Origin: Tubulanus polymorphus
Lineage: Eukaryota > Animalia > Nemertea
DNA: 64,000 nucleotides
Direction: 5' to 3'
NCBI RefSeq assembly: GCF_964204645.1
Contig: NC_134029.1
Span: 21,880,950 to 21,944,949 of the forward strand
The notes beneath the pieces are model-generated. The model was not told where the DNA came from. It was given only the letters and a program-made list of their open reading frames with translations, and searched no databases. Every line of letters begins with the position of its first letter. Position 1 is the first letter of the stretch. Positions 12,950-27,600 of the stretch are shown one piece after another. A program made the translations under genes and the position numbers.

Positions 12950-15730
12950 ATGTCGTCATCATACTGGGGTGATTTACCGATTATACCGGATACTGATTCG
13001 GGTATCGCAGCCATTGAAAGGGAACAAATGACTAAACCGCGGGCGATGGATGTCGAAGGACCGCGTTTACACCAACCGTCCAGTAGACATTATCCACCTT
13101 CCAGCGAGTAAGCAATGCTTTTTTAAGCCTTTAGCAAGAAAGAAATCGGACCCTGACCCTGACATGATACATACTTGAGGCGCCATCGTTTATGGCATTA
13201 ACTGTCTTTTCTGTTATTTTAACTATTGATTGTTTTTATTCGCATTTTTGCAGATGTTTGCCGCCTGATCAGTTCGCTATCGATCCGATTACAAAGCATA
13301 CGATTCAACTGATTCAATGCGCGAGAAAACTACGTCAATTAATTCAAATGGCTCTACAGCATTACGAAACCCTGGTTCGTCGTCATATATCAGTCAGTCT
13401 AAAGAAAGTCATGTATTTGCGATGACGATTATTAATGTATGTAATTTCTGAACTATTTCAGCGGAATAGTGAAAATGTTGAGTTGATTCAGCAGACGACA
13501 TTAACGCCAGCACCAAAAATTCCTGAATACACTGGACCGAAACCGAAAAGAATGACTCGCACATTTCCTTTCATTGCTGCGGATGAAACTAGGTAGGCCT
13601 AATTAGATCCATTCCTTCAGAAGTGATTGTCATCAAAGTATTTCCTCGTTTTCCATCTTTCGCAGAGTCGTATGTTTTTTTATGACTTGAGATTGAATTT
13701 ATATTCATTTTGTCTTCTATTTGAATTTTCAGTGATTTTTGTAAAGGAATCGGCACTCCTCCCCCTGAAATCGATGATCTTACTAATAGGCGTTTACTTC
13801 GTCGGTCTGTTGCAGCTATCGTCGCTCATGCCGGTTTTGAAAGTAAGTGAACTTACGTAAAAAATATGTGCTCGAACTTAAAAGAAATTTTTACACCGAA
13901 TTAACTTAAAAATGATTCTTCAATTATGCCTCTTACATCTGAAATGAATTGACTAAGCAATGAAATTGCATACAGATATCATTTATAATATTTCATTTAT
14001 CATTTACTGCTCGTATATATAGAAACTGAAATTTGCTCCGGAAAAACTTTTAATTGTAAAAATCTCTTATTATAGCTTGTAATGAATCAATGTTGGAGAG
14101 TTTAACTGACGTCGGCCACGAATACTACCTGAAATTCATGAGTTTATTACGTCACGCTGTTGATGAAGAAGCTCAGACCGGCGATACAGGCTTTCCTGTG
14201 AGTATCTGACCTACAGAAACTTCATTCTATTGACAAATTCTATTGTGGTCTACTATGCCTTTCCAGTGAAAACTTACTGAAGTATTCAAAATCTAAAGCG
14301 GTCATTTTCTTTTGAAATGAATGAATTTTAGATTTAACTGCAAATGTATTTTCTTATTTCACAGCTTCTAAATCATTGATTTAAGAAAATGTCAGGAACT
14401 CTTCTATCCATTCAAGAAAAAGTTTTGCCTCAATCAAATCGCTACAAAGCCTGTACATTAAAGGCGTAAATTTATGTTGTTTTTCAAATCAGGACGTGAT
14501 GCAACGTGTTTTCTACGAAATGAAGTTGGGTAAAGTTTCGTGTTTGCACGATTTCTATCAGACGAGAATCATCAACTACCACCGCGTGATGATGAAACAA
14601 TGCGAAGAACTCGCGGAGGAATACGAACGAATAAAACTACCCGACCATAAGCAAGGACCTGTGTCTCGAGTTATCAGGTATGTCGTTATAGCACCGGGTG
14701 TCAATGATCCAATAGTAAAGATTTAGGTTAGATTAAACTGAAAAATGGGTTAATTTTCAGCTTGAAAGAAGAGCCTTTTTCCGATATCCAGTTCCCAGTG
14801 ACGGATGAAGCTGATGAGAGCAATGAGGATCATTTAGTGGAGCTTCAAGGTTGGTTTTATTGTATTAGATGAATGTGGTATTAGTAGAATCTATAAGCAG
14901 AATTTGTTGACTGGGTATCAGATGACTTATGATGAAAATAGATAATCGGTCAAGTTTGATATGTTCCCAGTTTGATTAGCATTATTCTATATAGCCTAGC
15001 CCTAGAGTATCTATGTACCTTGTGTAGCTAGGTTAAACTGCTGGGTATTTCTTTAAAAAAGAATGTTCATAATTCCACTGCTGTAGGCCTTGTTAGTTTG
15101 GAGGAAGAGCAAACAGGAAACAGTAGTTTACAACAGGACGTCGATACGAAATGGATCAAATCTGAACCAAACGACACCAAGTAAGTGATCGCAATGCTGT
15201 CCTCGCTCACATGAATATCGTTGGAGGAAATATCAAATGCTTTTATCACAAGAAAAACAGCAACGAACAACTGGAAACACAATATAATGCTATTTTATTA
15301 CGTATCATAATATGTTGCTTCGCTTGAATCCGTTTTTCACTTTTTTCATGCATGATTCCAGAAAAAAAATAGATACTGTCTTCTTCAATGTAACTCACTA
15401 ATGTAACTCAGTCCTGTGAAATTGCAATCTGTTTTAATGCTTTCATGCTTCTGAACTGATAATTGCCAGTGTTCAGTTTGTTACCTTCCCTCACCGTTCA
15501 CGCGCAGGAAGTGTTTCAATAATTGCGTAACCGCTGTTGCCGCCGCGCTCTTTAATGTCAAATTGTTTCGCGTTAACCGCATGCTTTGTTTTCACAGAGT
15601 GAGCACGTTAGATTCGTTTGACGAGAACAGCGAACCTCCCACGCCCTACGACGATATCATTCAACCCTCTTCAACTTTATCCGAAATCATGTCCCCTCCG
15701 TCCGTTCCTCCGAGGAAAAAGAAAAAGTAA
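12950..15730 (+). CDS. SUPT7L: SAGA/STAGA subunit SPT7-like (STAF65gamma), ~9 exons
   Basis: N-terminal YWGDLP...PRLHQPS and histone-fold region RRSVAAIVAHAGFE|..NESMLESLTDVGHEYYLKFMSLLRHAVDEEA..GFP|DVMQRVFYEM..LAEEYERI match SUPT7L. Basic C-terminus PPRKKKK*. Confidence 0.9.
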
Positions 15731-16225
15731 GATCGGAGCGAGAAGATATTTGACACATTTCACATTTTAAAGCATTTTTCTGGTAGCGTATAAAATCATA
15801 TGGAAATGACCCAGTTTGAAACTAATAATATGCGAAAAATCTTGAACATATTCACTCACACTAATTATTCGTATTTTTTCAGGCGCACGAGTTGAGCTTG
15901 TCTGTATGGATGGTCAGTGCTAAGAGTGATGGTCAATCTTTACTATGTACGACGCTAGTGTGCGCGAAATTGATGAAATCATCTCGTTATGATACGTAGC
16001 GATGGAATTCATTTGTCATGAATAAGACAGTTTGCAGTTGAGATAAACCTCATGAATATCCTGTATCAGGATTTCCTGAAAGTACTTCAGGTTAAAATCA
16101 TTTTAATCCACCGCACATATAGCCACAAGGGTACACAGATACTACATTGATTCTATTGTGCATGTGTATTCAACTATCAACGAAAGTAGAATCTCTGTTT
16201 AAGCGTTATACCGGTATATCAATAA

Positions 16226-18746
16226 TCAATTGCCCATCATGCTCGATCTTGCAGTCGATGGAATCTCGGGGCTGTATTTGTGAACTGGTCTGTGCAAATT
16301 GAAATGAGTGCTCGTTGTTTGATATTTGAACCTATCACCGGGTGGAATAATATGCAGTATAGTCTCTTTACCGGTTTCCTGTTCTACGTGACGCAGACTC
16401 ATCTTCGTCTGGTCCAAAGGAGGAAATATTAAGTCCGGACTGTTCGTCGTTAAACGCTGATTACTCAATGAATATTGCGTCTGCGTTCGCATAAGCGGCG
16501 GACCGAATTGTTGATTTTTCGAAAATCTATCCCCACTGACCGACAGTAACGCTTTCCCGTCGTCTCCTTTCGATACATTTCTAACGACCGAGCCTCGACA
16601 GATTTGTCGCCTGTCGGAAACGTTGACCTTTTTCTTTTTGATCGGTTCAGTTCGTAAACTACCCGGCGCCTCGAGACCGTCGATCCACTGTAAATCTTCG
16701 GGCAGACGGGAATTCTCGCGGTTCATGATCGATTTTCGATCTAACACTGAAAATTGTCTATATGCTAGATTACAGTTGTAATTTTTCCTGTCGACCGCAG
16801 GGTTTGATGATTCATTCGGCTGCGGTGTCTTTTTCCTCGGTATATTTGTTTGGAAGGTTTTAGAGATGTGAAGCGGTTCGAAATAGACATTACCATTAAA
16901 GCCACGCCATGCCTGAAATAGAAGAATTAATGCATGACCGATTTCTGACCATATAATTACTCAATTGTAATGTTTGTTGTACTTCAATTTAAACAACTCG
17001 GTAATAGCTAAGACCTGAGATAATTTTTTCTCGGACAGTTACCTTTAGAGGTGGCATTGGAGCTGGTTTTTGTTGAGATATGTAGAAATATTGTGGAGTT
17101 GAGAACCCTGAACCACCTTTTACAACAGACGCTTGATCACTCGCTCGTGAAAATAAAGGCCTAGATCCTTGTCTTGAGCCAACTCCAATTCTGAAATCCA
17201 ATAGTACATTATGTAATATTGTTTTTAGTTGGCTTTTTGAGTCTATTCGGGTTTGTGCAGGGTAGTTTATCATTATAATACATCTTTTTTTAACTTGGAT
17301 TCAATAACCTTATGCAATAAAGACTGTTTGGCGGTATAGAGTTTCAGTTCAATAAACTACATGTATAACTATAACTATACAGTTACACAAAGAATTGTGC
17401 TTAGATGTGTCGAAATACTTTGTGCTGTTGTTGCCTATGGTTGCAATTAAGTTAATGCATTAATGACATGAAGTCTATGGTGATTTAATGATGATTTAGT
17501 TTGAACACAAATGACTTCACGATGACAACAAGGCTTCTTTTGTCGGTAAATGAAGTGTGAAGAAAAAAATCAATTGCGTCTGATTGTGTTGCACAAATTG
17601 CTAGGAGACACTGTACTGCTTTTATCCTCAGATGATCAACGTCCAAACTATGATAGATTTTACATTAATTCATGGGCTGGTTTTGATGGTTGGTTTTTGT
17701 GTATTTTCCCACACAATTAAGAATCCTTTGTGTATTAAACAATATATTTTACTGCTATATTTTCCATGATGTATTGTATAATTAATTCATAATCTTTGGC
17801 AGAGTGAATTGTAAATGAAGGTAACATTTTAACTCGTGTAATCAAGTTTTTTTGTAATGTATGAACCAGACTTTGACTGGCTTTTCACCCCAGAATGTTT
17901 AACTTTTTTATAAAAAAGAAAAGATTATGGCTGAATTTTTTTAGTAAGGTTTATATTTGCATTTAAGAAATTCCTTAGTTGAATTGATAAGAAATTCTTA
18001 TGGTATTAACACACAAGTCTTCTTTGATAAAATGGTCAAAATGTTAGTTGAAAATACATCATGAAAATCATACATAATGAAATAATACATATATGAAAAA
18101 AAAAATTAATGAAAATAATACATAATGAAAATTTGTACCTTGACTCAAGTACTTGAAGGTCGCGTAATTCTGACCAATCTGTATCTGCCATACTTGCTGG
18201 TGTACAGGTTTTTCCTCGAAGACCCGAATACGAATTCACTTCACACGTCGTGCTAACTGAGATTCGATCTTCTGTGATATTATCTACCGTCATACCATCA
18301 ACGTTCTCATTAGCAACCATTTGAACATGTTTCCCTGATGACAACGGCTTATTGGATGTGCCTTCACTTTTAAGAGGCCGTCCCGCTTTTAACACCGGCG
18401 GGCTTTTTGCCAATCTGCCAGATATACTCACTTGAATTACATCATTGTAGCGTTTATGTCCATAATTTTTTCCAGAATCCTCTGCATTTGTTGTATCTAA
18501 AACGGTAGCTATAGAAACTTTGTGTAGCTGTTTTTGGTCGGAATTCATAGGTTCAGAGAAGTTTTCGTATTTTTGTTCATTGTCGAGTACTAGATTTTTG
18601 TTCTTTTCCTCCTCATTATCGGTTAAATCTTCCCCTTCTCCAACGTCATCGTAAATACCGAGATCTGTCTCATCTACGATTGACGACGATTTTTGGTCTT
18701 TCTTCCCAGCAGGGGCTGCGTCTGCTTTTGAGATAATTCGCACCAT
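16226..18746 (-). CDS. Uncharacterised, largely low-complexity protein of ~480 aa. Exons 18746-18139, 17190-17043, 16912-16226
   Basis: Three long ORF segments join in frame through GT-AG introns with compatible phases (2 then 0), total 1443 nt. No family recognised. Confidence 0.7.
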
Positions 18747-21700
18747 TTTTCCTATGAAAAGTTTTTGTGTTCATTAGGAAATACCGTAGATACCCAAAAT
18801 TAATCCGATTAATTATAAGTCATTATTAGTTTTTGGGCATATTTCCGAAACGCTATAAACAGTTCTAAAGCAAAAGCTTAGGTCTAATAACATTGTTGTA
18901 CAGAGAAGGTGATCTTAATGACACATATTCTAGTCTCGAGCGATGAGACATTTTGGTAACATTTGTTTAATTAATAGAATTTCGCTTGTAGAAATCTTTG
19001 TTTTATCTTACCTTATAATGTCATGCACCTGTACAGTGAAACATTTGAATGAATGTATCGAATCCAAGGAATATTATTGTTACATACGTCGTATATTGCT
19101 GAACGATTTGTAGACAACGGTTTTCTATTCTATTTCGAACCGTAAATTATTTGACGACGACGGGTTTACATGTGAACTATTGGCACGCTTTTATTGCGCT
19201 GTAATTCCTGTTTACATAGAAGCCACAGCCAAATACGAGTTATAGAAGTTTGTTAGAGCATGCAAACAGGTCTTCCGTTTCCATTCAAGCCAGCCAGTAT
19301 GAGATTATTTAATGAATAGAACTTAAATTTCAAAACTTCATCGGCGTTATCGCTGTTGTTTTATTCGATATGCAATCGTAATTCGTAGTCAGTCGAACAA
19401 ATCGAAAAAAGTGACAAATGTCAATTCTAAATTATCCGAGACTTTACTGATATGAGGATTTTGATACCGGGCGCAAAGTCAACTTCAGAGTCGTTGCAAA
19501 AAGTAATAGATTTTCCACAGACTTCCACATCGCACACTACATACGAATACACATATCTTGTACTTATCCAACTATGTTGACGCCATGTATAAGGACTGTT
19601 GAATCAAAGAAATTAACAAATAAAACAAACTGTTTTGATTGTACAATACCCTTCGATCGATATACTTTATTACCTTGTATAACAATGGCAAATATCACAG
19701 TTACATGACAAACAAATGTTTACCACATTGTACCATTTTTAAACAAGGTTATTTTCACCAACCGCGACCTGCCGACCACGATATCTCGGATGTTCAGGGG
19801 AAAAAAGCCCTATTCCAACTTTGTACTGGAAATCTGTTGTTAGCTACTCTTTCAGCCAGTACAGTACTGAATATTTCCTGTACAACCTCAAAGCCACCCA
19901 TAATTAAATGGCTTTTTTGATTAAAACATGAAAGTGACCGACACGTTTTACGCCACAACTATACATCATTCATACTTAAAGGTTCATTTCTTTTTTTTAT
20001 CGATAAGTAAAATATATAGATGAAAATTTGATTGAAGGGTTTGATTATGCCGATTGGATATGAATGTAGATTATTCTGACATGATATGTGGCATTCCTGG
20101 GCCAAAAATCGTACACATTAATAAGCTTATTTACTCCTCTTATTGTCGTTTCAGCTTTCGAGCTCGCAGGTATAATTTTGACAGACACAACAAAAGATAA
20201 ACATAAAAGATAGTGTATGATACGCAATATTGAGACCGATATAGGCTAGTACAGCATTCATAAAATATATAATCGCTAGATAATAGAAGACAGTCAAAAG
20301 AATAATCATTGACTTCCATAACCTGAAATTCTGGTTAAATAGACATGAAACAACATAAAATGAAATTTTTGATAAAGACGCACAGAAGTTTAGTCTTATT
20401 TGTGTGATGCATCGTACTCAGATATTTGTTGACTAAAGAAAAATATGTTCTCGTATACTCAATTCATTCCGATGAATTTACCGATATCGATGAGTTGGTT
20501 TTTTTTTATCACGAACCTAACACCGTAGGACCACAATTATTCAGACTACATATACATTTACAAAGTTACAAACGGGACAAATATATTTTTGATATGTTAC
20601 ATATATATACACGTTTTGATTGACATGATTATACTTTATCAGGATAAAATCGTCGATAAAATCATATATGCGTATTTCATTTCAACAAAGGTAAACAATT
20701 TGAGGATGCAAAACAGGCAACGATAAACCAATATTTAAAACCCAACAGGCGATGATTGTTAAGAAACAAAAAATATATACCGGTAATGATATTTGATAAT
20801 GATTGTACAATTGCTGATAAAAGTTTCTTTTAAGGCTAAATTAGTTAGATCAACCGAAATGATCGTAATTTAAATCATTGCGTTCAAAAATGAACGAGAA
20901 GTTAAATCAACTTGGCTTTAAAAATACTTCAGCCCTGTTGACCTTCTTCATTTTTTCTGCTTTTGACAGCTACAAATGAAGGAGGCTTACAGGCTGAAAT
21001 ATTTAAAATACATTATAAACAGTTCATTTCTATAGCGGCCGGGTCTGTTATGGTGAAATTGATCACGATTTAAAAAAAAGTAATGTATAGGGTAGATTGG
21101 CAGCCGGCCGGGTCAACATTTAAGCTCAGCAGAGCGGAGAAACAAGGTATCAATTTTTTTTGGCCTTATAACTTCATTTTTTAAGAATAACTGGATCCAG
21201 CTGCTGTATGTATACTGATTCTCATTTACATTTATAGAGGAAGGTATTATACCTAGCAATCTCGGTGGGGGAATAAGTGCCAGTACCAGCAAATTCTCTA
21301 CAAATACATGTATGGTCATCGGGTACTTAAGGTTCAAAAATTCAACACTGGCTTAAGTTTCATTGAATACTTCCTATCAAACTGATTGCGACATCACCTG
21401 TAATGAAAATGTAGTACAATGCACTAAGTAAGCGCAACATTTTCAAGCTACATTTTAAGCAAGCATGAAGACAATATAAGCTCACTATTCACCCCTTAAT
21501 CATGCTGATTTATCCTTAACTTCACTCCACCCATCAAATGTTGGATATTACTACAATCTTGAAATGGAGCTTTTTGTACGTGACAAGTAGTTTGAAACAC
21601 GGAACAGTAGTTGTCCTGTTTTCCCAAAAGCAGGTAGGTATATTTTAGAAATTGCCGAAGAAGGAATGGCGCAAAATGTCAAGGTGGACATTTCCAGCAA

Positions 21701-22991
21701 AGCAGCTATGAAGTGAACCAGGGCTTTGTCACTGTATATTCATGCTATCTTATATGTTATTCAATGCATTCCAATAATTCTTCTGGTTACAACCATTTAA
21801 AAGGTATACAATGATACCAATTATCTTGCTATCATGAAAATAACAAATTAAAAGGAATTTCCATCATTCATATTCACGTCATATATAGTATATCTTGAGT
21901 GGTGCTTTAAGTTGACTTGAAGATTGTGTTTGGAAAAAGCGTTCCTACATTAGTACCACAGATCCACAGCTGAAGGATTTCATATCTAAATCACATAATA
22001 CCCCGAGATCAAAATGAACAAAGAGGGAATTAGAAATTCAGTAGGGAATGAATGACCTACACAGGTGCTCAATACTAGTTTTTTTTTTTAACATAGCAAC
22101 GCCACCATGGTACTAATGCAAGAAAACCATAACCAACACACAAAATATAAGTCAAAAATAGTGAAACGTGCAATAAATATTCTTGCTTCATTTGTATGAA
22201 GTCCGATACACCATTGTCAAAATGTTCCAAAATTACATTCTACCCAATAATAATCACAGTTTTGGAGACGGGCAAAGCCAAAATTTTACTATTGGTGGAA
22301 TTTGGGAACATTTTGTGATATGTTTCGTTAATTAAATCACATTACCGTCAGTTCTGTTTCGTTTCAAGATTACTACGATGAAAGAGAAAATCATTTCAGC
22401 ACAACTTATCGCAATATCAAGTGTTTTCCATCATAAATGCATTCAATTAATAAAGATTATCAATAACTGATAAAATGAGACACGTGAACATAATAGAATA
22501 ATTTCATGTTTAACTTTTGAATAAACTCTTGGTACATGGTACATAGAATGTACAGAAAACAGTTCCTAGCTCAAACTAGTGTTGGCTCTAACTTAAGATA
22601 GAATTTTCAATTTATGAATAAACAAGCTACAATATTAGAAGCCATTGCAGACAGGGCCTTGCTGAAATTAAGAATTCTAGTGAGAATCGTGGTGTAAGTT
22701 TTGTCCCCAAGTTAAGCTTGGTTTACCGCACATATCGACAGTTATCAGCACACGAATAAGGGTACCTAGCATTATGATATACTATTAAAACACGAGCATC
22801 AGCTTTCGTAATAAATAATTACCACATATTTATAAATATAACAGTCGAATATATTCAAACTTAATACACATGTTTTCAGTTTCGTAAGCGTGACTTGTCA
22901 TTAAGTGGATATGTATGAATACAGTGAATGAATAAAGTTTGTCGAATCTGAATGTAGAATATGTTACGGGTAAGTACAATTCGTAATAGTA

Positions 22992-23135
22992 CAGTAAACA
23001 TGGTCTTACTCGGACATGGCCAACTCAGCACTTTTGACGAACTCTGACTTCCTAATGTAATTTCCTATTTTCAAATCAAATTTCTCAAACCAATTTTGCC
23101 GGTCGCAGTTTTTCCGAGTAAGGCGCAGTTTACTG
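22992..23135. mobile_element. Tc1/mariner-type MITE (TA target duplication)
   Basis: TA|CAGTAAAC..CTTACTCGGA ... TCCGAGTAAG..GTTTACTG|TA. Confidence 0.75.
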
Positions 23136-24661
23136 TAGTTAGTTTGTTTGTCGTCGAAGTCGATTGAGTTATCATACAAGGGCAGAATCCGCAGGATCCT
23201 ACAGCCATACCAACCTCCATGTTTGTTTATCCTCGTGCGTAGTGGCAGTTGACTTCAACACTTCGGCACTGAAACAATATTCACATCGCTAGATCATGCA
23301 TGCTATTGCTGTCCCTTCAGTACAGTGCGCACAGAGTGGAATGAGTCGTACGGGTGGATGAAATGGAAACACGATAAACGCAACCTCTTGAGATGAAATT
23401 AGAAAGTGGATGAGCTGGCCTTTTTACGACTCTCTGAAGAAAAATTCAGCAGACTCGAGGACAAATCCAAGGTGAAGACATGAATCGCTGGTGGTAAAAA
23501 GGAGACGGTCGTAGTTTAGTCGGTTGAGGTATTCTTCAGAAATCAGACGGATTGGCGCAAGAACAGAATGTGATGAGGAGCTTGGAATGTGAATTCATAA
23601 ACGAAGTAAAACTGGATATGTAAATAAAAGGTAAACAATAACGGATGTACAAAAATAGAATAAATATCAAGAAAGCTCTATACTGGTATGTACATATTCC
23701 TTATACTGGAATCTCGGATAAAACATTCTATAAATGCCCATAACAATTATCCGTTGATTCAAAGTTATTCTTCCGAATTCCAGATGTGGTCAGAAAATGG
23801 ATGAGAATGAAGTCCTGCACGATGATTCAGTCCTACCAATAGCAGCACACCAAGGTGTATTAACATAAGTAGACAGGACATAGATTTGCAGTAGGAGTGT
23901 CATGTCAGGGATAGAGAGAGGGAAAAATAATGTTCAGATATGTCTTTGTGTATGCGTGCAGTATGTGCTACAATAGTGTGTTAAATGATGTTTAAATTTG
24001 GATTAACCTAAATAAATTGATATTTTGAGTTAAGTTTTCGGCATACTTTCAGTAGATATTCACACGAGACTGTCTTTGGAACATTGTATTCATTTATATA
24101 TTTACAACCAGTCTACAATTTATACATATACATGTATATAATATAAATGTACATGTAAATAAGTAAGTTTGGGCCAGGTCAACTGAATGTAATCACTTTC
24201 AGCCAAGAACACGGCAACAGCTGCTATCGAAACAATTTTGAGCAACGCATGATTTACCGGGTAAAATCATCGACGCGTTATAAACATTTCGGAATGATCG
24301 TCATTTCGACATAATCTCAAGATTCTACCATCCTCGTTCCGGGCTCGCATTGAGAATCGCAATATTGGAAAATATATCATAATCAATGATAGATTTATAG
24401 AATATTTGCAATGACTAATGTTAAGTACATCGTATGTTACATGTATATAATATACGTACATCGTTTTATGTTTTGTTCTAAAGCGTTTCGAATATTTCAT
24501 CTCAGCGATGATCGTGAAAACGGACTAGAAAGTATGCTGAAAATGCATACTACAACACTTTCCACATTGTTGATCATTATTCATTTTTTTTTTTAAACAA
24601 TTGCCCAAGTATCAAGCTGCCAGTAGATGTCACCTTCACCACCGATTAAATGGAACATCGC

Positions 24662-27600
24662 TTACGCTTTTTGAGTAGTCGCACAATATTCCTCAATGTC
24701 CGAATCGCTCAGATGATCGAGCTCGTGGTCGCTTTCTTCCGTGCTGACTCGGTCAAATCCTTTATGTCGATCGAAGAAGTTTCCGAGATTAATTTTTTTC
24801 TTGTTATTTTTGGTATAAGTCTTGTTCATTCGGAATCGACCTGTCATAAGAAAAACCGTTGAGCAATTTATGTTTGATTGGTCAAAGGCGGATCTAGGAT
24901 TCTTTGAAGGGAGTGGACCTGAAAATTGGAATGGGCACTTAATTTGAAAAGGGCAGATTTGACAATACCTCTCCAACAGAAAGTTAAGGACGAAAAGGGG
25001 CTTTTATGGCCTTAATCAGAACCCATTTGGATTTAAATTAGTTGTTTTTCAAAATTTTCTTTGCAAAAAATTTTTTTCACATTCAAATTTTGTGAAGGGG
25101 TGGGCCAGTCCATCCAATCCATCCCCCTAAATCCACCCTTGTTGGTGCGATCATTGAACAGCTATCAAACTGTTTCTCACTTTCAATGTAAGTCGAAATA
25201 CAACATAATTATCGTTAAGATTGCTTCAATACTCACCGCTTTTTCTTAGTCTTACAATAACTGTTATAATGACTATTAAAACGATTGGTACAACTAGCAA
25301 TGCACCGATGATTAGCGACGAATTGAATTCATCGTCGATTAGTTTCTCCGCCTCAGAATTCTTCTTATCGAGCAGAGTTTCTTCGACTAATGGCGTCTTC
25401 TCAACTTCTGCGTCCTGCAGAGGAGCTGAAGAGCCTTTCTTTTGAACGTCTAATGCAACTTTTTCTGAAAGAAGATAATGTCAATCTTCTAAGTCCAACA
25501 ATTGCTCGGTGATTTCCCTTAAAATTGCTGATATCCGAATCAAGAAACATTCAGACTAACAACAGACACCACATACCAGAATCACTCGGCTGAACTTCTA
25601 CTTCTTTCAGCTGGAATTTCCAAACTTTATTTGGATCGATCTCCACAACGTAAACCGACCTTTTGTCGTGGCTAACACAAACATCGTGAGGATTGTGAAA
25701 TCCACCGCTCTGCAATAAACATATTTCACATTTCATTAGAGAACGAGTCCTCTTTGACATACTGTATTGTATCTAAACTCCACTTTTGAAAATTCTCAGA
25801 AAAAACGTATATCGTTACCTTATTGCCCGAATTCCACGTTTGATTCAGACGACCCAAGTCGACATCTAAAGTATATCCAGCAACTATTTGCTTTTTACCA
25901 TAAATAGATGGACCATTCACAGCGTATATTGCACCACCTTATTTCAAACAGATGTAAGCATAGATCAGTTACAATTGTTTATAACATGTAGAAGGGACTT
26001 TAAACAAATTTATTCCTATGCAAGTTTCAAAGTCTACAACGCAACGAACCATCCACTGCTATGAATTGATTTCTATAATCAGTCATTAACCAGCACGATA
26101 GATAACTTACCAAATCGTTTGCTGTAAGTGACAGCGAACAAGCGACCGCCCCATTCTTTATTCGAATAAGTTCGGATGAATCTTCCGTTGTAGTCGAAGC
26201 ACTGAATGCGACCGTTTTCGCGATCGGCTACGCACACCTGCCCTCTGTCTTCAAGATTTACAATACTGTGAGGAATGAGGAATGAACCATCCGGAGGATG
26301 CTCTATAAATAAAAGATTTCAAGGTGAAAACACCAGATTACTGTAAAATATCAATGGAAAATGAACTAGAGAAGAGTTTTTATAATTGGAAGTTATAAGA
26401 CTTAAGCATCATTTGTTAATTCTAGGTAAAGCAGTTAAAGATAATTATTTTTCAAAGATTTTTTCAAAAATTAGAATCTTTACGAAGCAGCCAGATTTAC
26501 CTGTGAGTTGCTGAATAATTGAAGTAAAGTCGTTATACTTGACCCCATAGTCAATATCTAACACCAAAGAGGTGAAATATTTTTAAGACAACATGAAGTG
26601 ATAAAGAACGAAATCATTCGTGCCAGCAAAATCAGTCTCAAATTCTGAATTTCAATGAATATTTTGATTACTAAACTGATATGAGTGTGATTTTGCAACG
26701 GGAAACATCATTAGGAAACGGCATAATTAGGAAACATGGAATCAAATGACAATTATGTTAAAACGATGATATCAAACATAAATCAGTAGGGTGGTCATAG
26801 ATTCACAAGAAAAACATTCAAACCTAAGCTAGCTGAAGTTAAGTGCTTTGGCGGTTTAAATTTGGTTTGAATATCCCAGTGAATCTAATCATAAGTTAGA
26901 TAATGAGAATTAAAGATTAAGACAAGCAAACAAAGTTGAAAATTGATACATTAGTGAAATTGAATAATGAATCCATGAACACGCTACACAGTATCTAGGA
27001 TAAAAAACTATACAGTTCTTTTTTCAGAAACCAATTGCATGTTAGAAATTAAATGGATACCGATGAATTATTCATTCTTATCCGACAAAAAATTACATGC
27101 AAAAAACAATCAGTCAATTTGTATATTCGAGATGAGAAGATTTGATTCATGGTTGACACAAATAGCGTGGTACATGCAGTTGTAGAATGAATACACAGAG
27201 ATACAAAGATAACAAAGAAAACAGAATAGTAAAACATATCTATACCCGCTGTGAATTGAAGTGAAGAATTTCCCCAAGACTTCATAAAACGCCCATTTTT
27301 ATCAAACTTCATAATTCGAGAGTTGCAATACCTATATAATCACAGAAAAAAAAGTAACATTTCCATGTTAATCATTACCATATTGGTGCTTTCCATAAAA
27401 CAGAATGTCATAGAATGGTGCAAACTAGAGTCTTATTACCAGTACTAATGCATCAATAAGCATGATTATTTCCAATAAACCATAGTCATGCTTGTTGATA
27501 TAATTGTTCAACAGATTTTTCAAAAACATTCTTTCGACATGCAGTAAGGCAAACATATACGTACCCATCGGAGACAAAAAATGTACCATCTGACTGCACT

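Noticed and set aside
23340-23590. Purine-rich exon-like patch with a short GAGTCGTA/TACGACTC inverted repeat
   Set aside because: No sustained ORF, splice partners or recognisable RNA motif.
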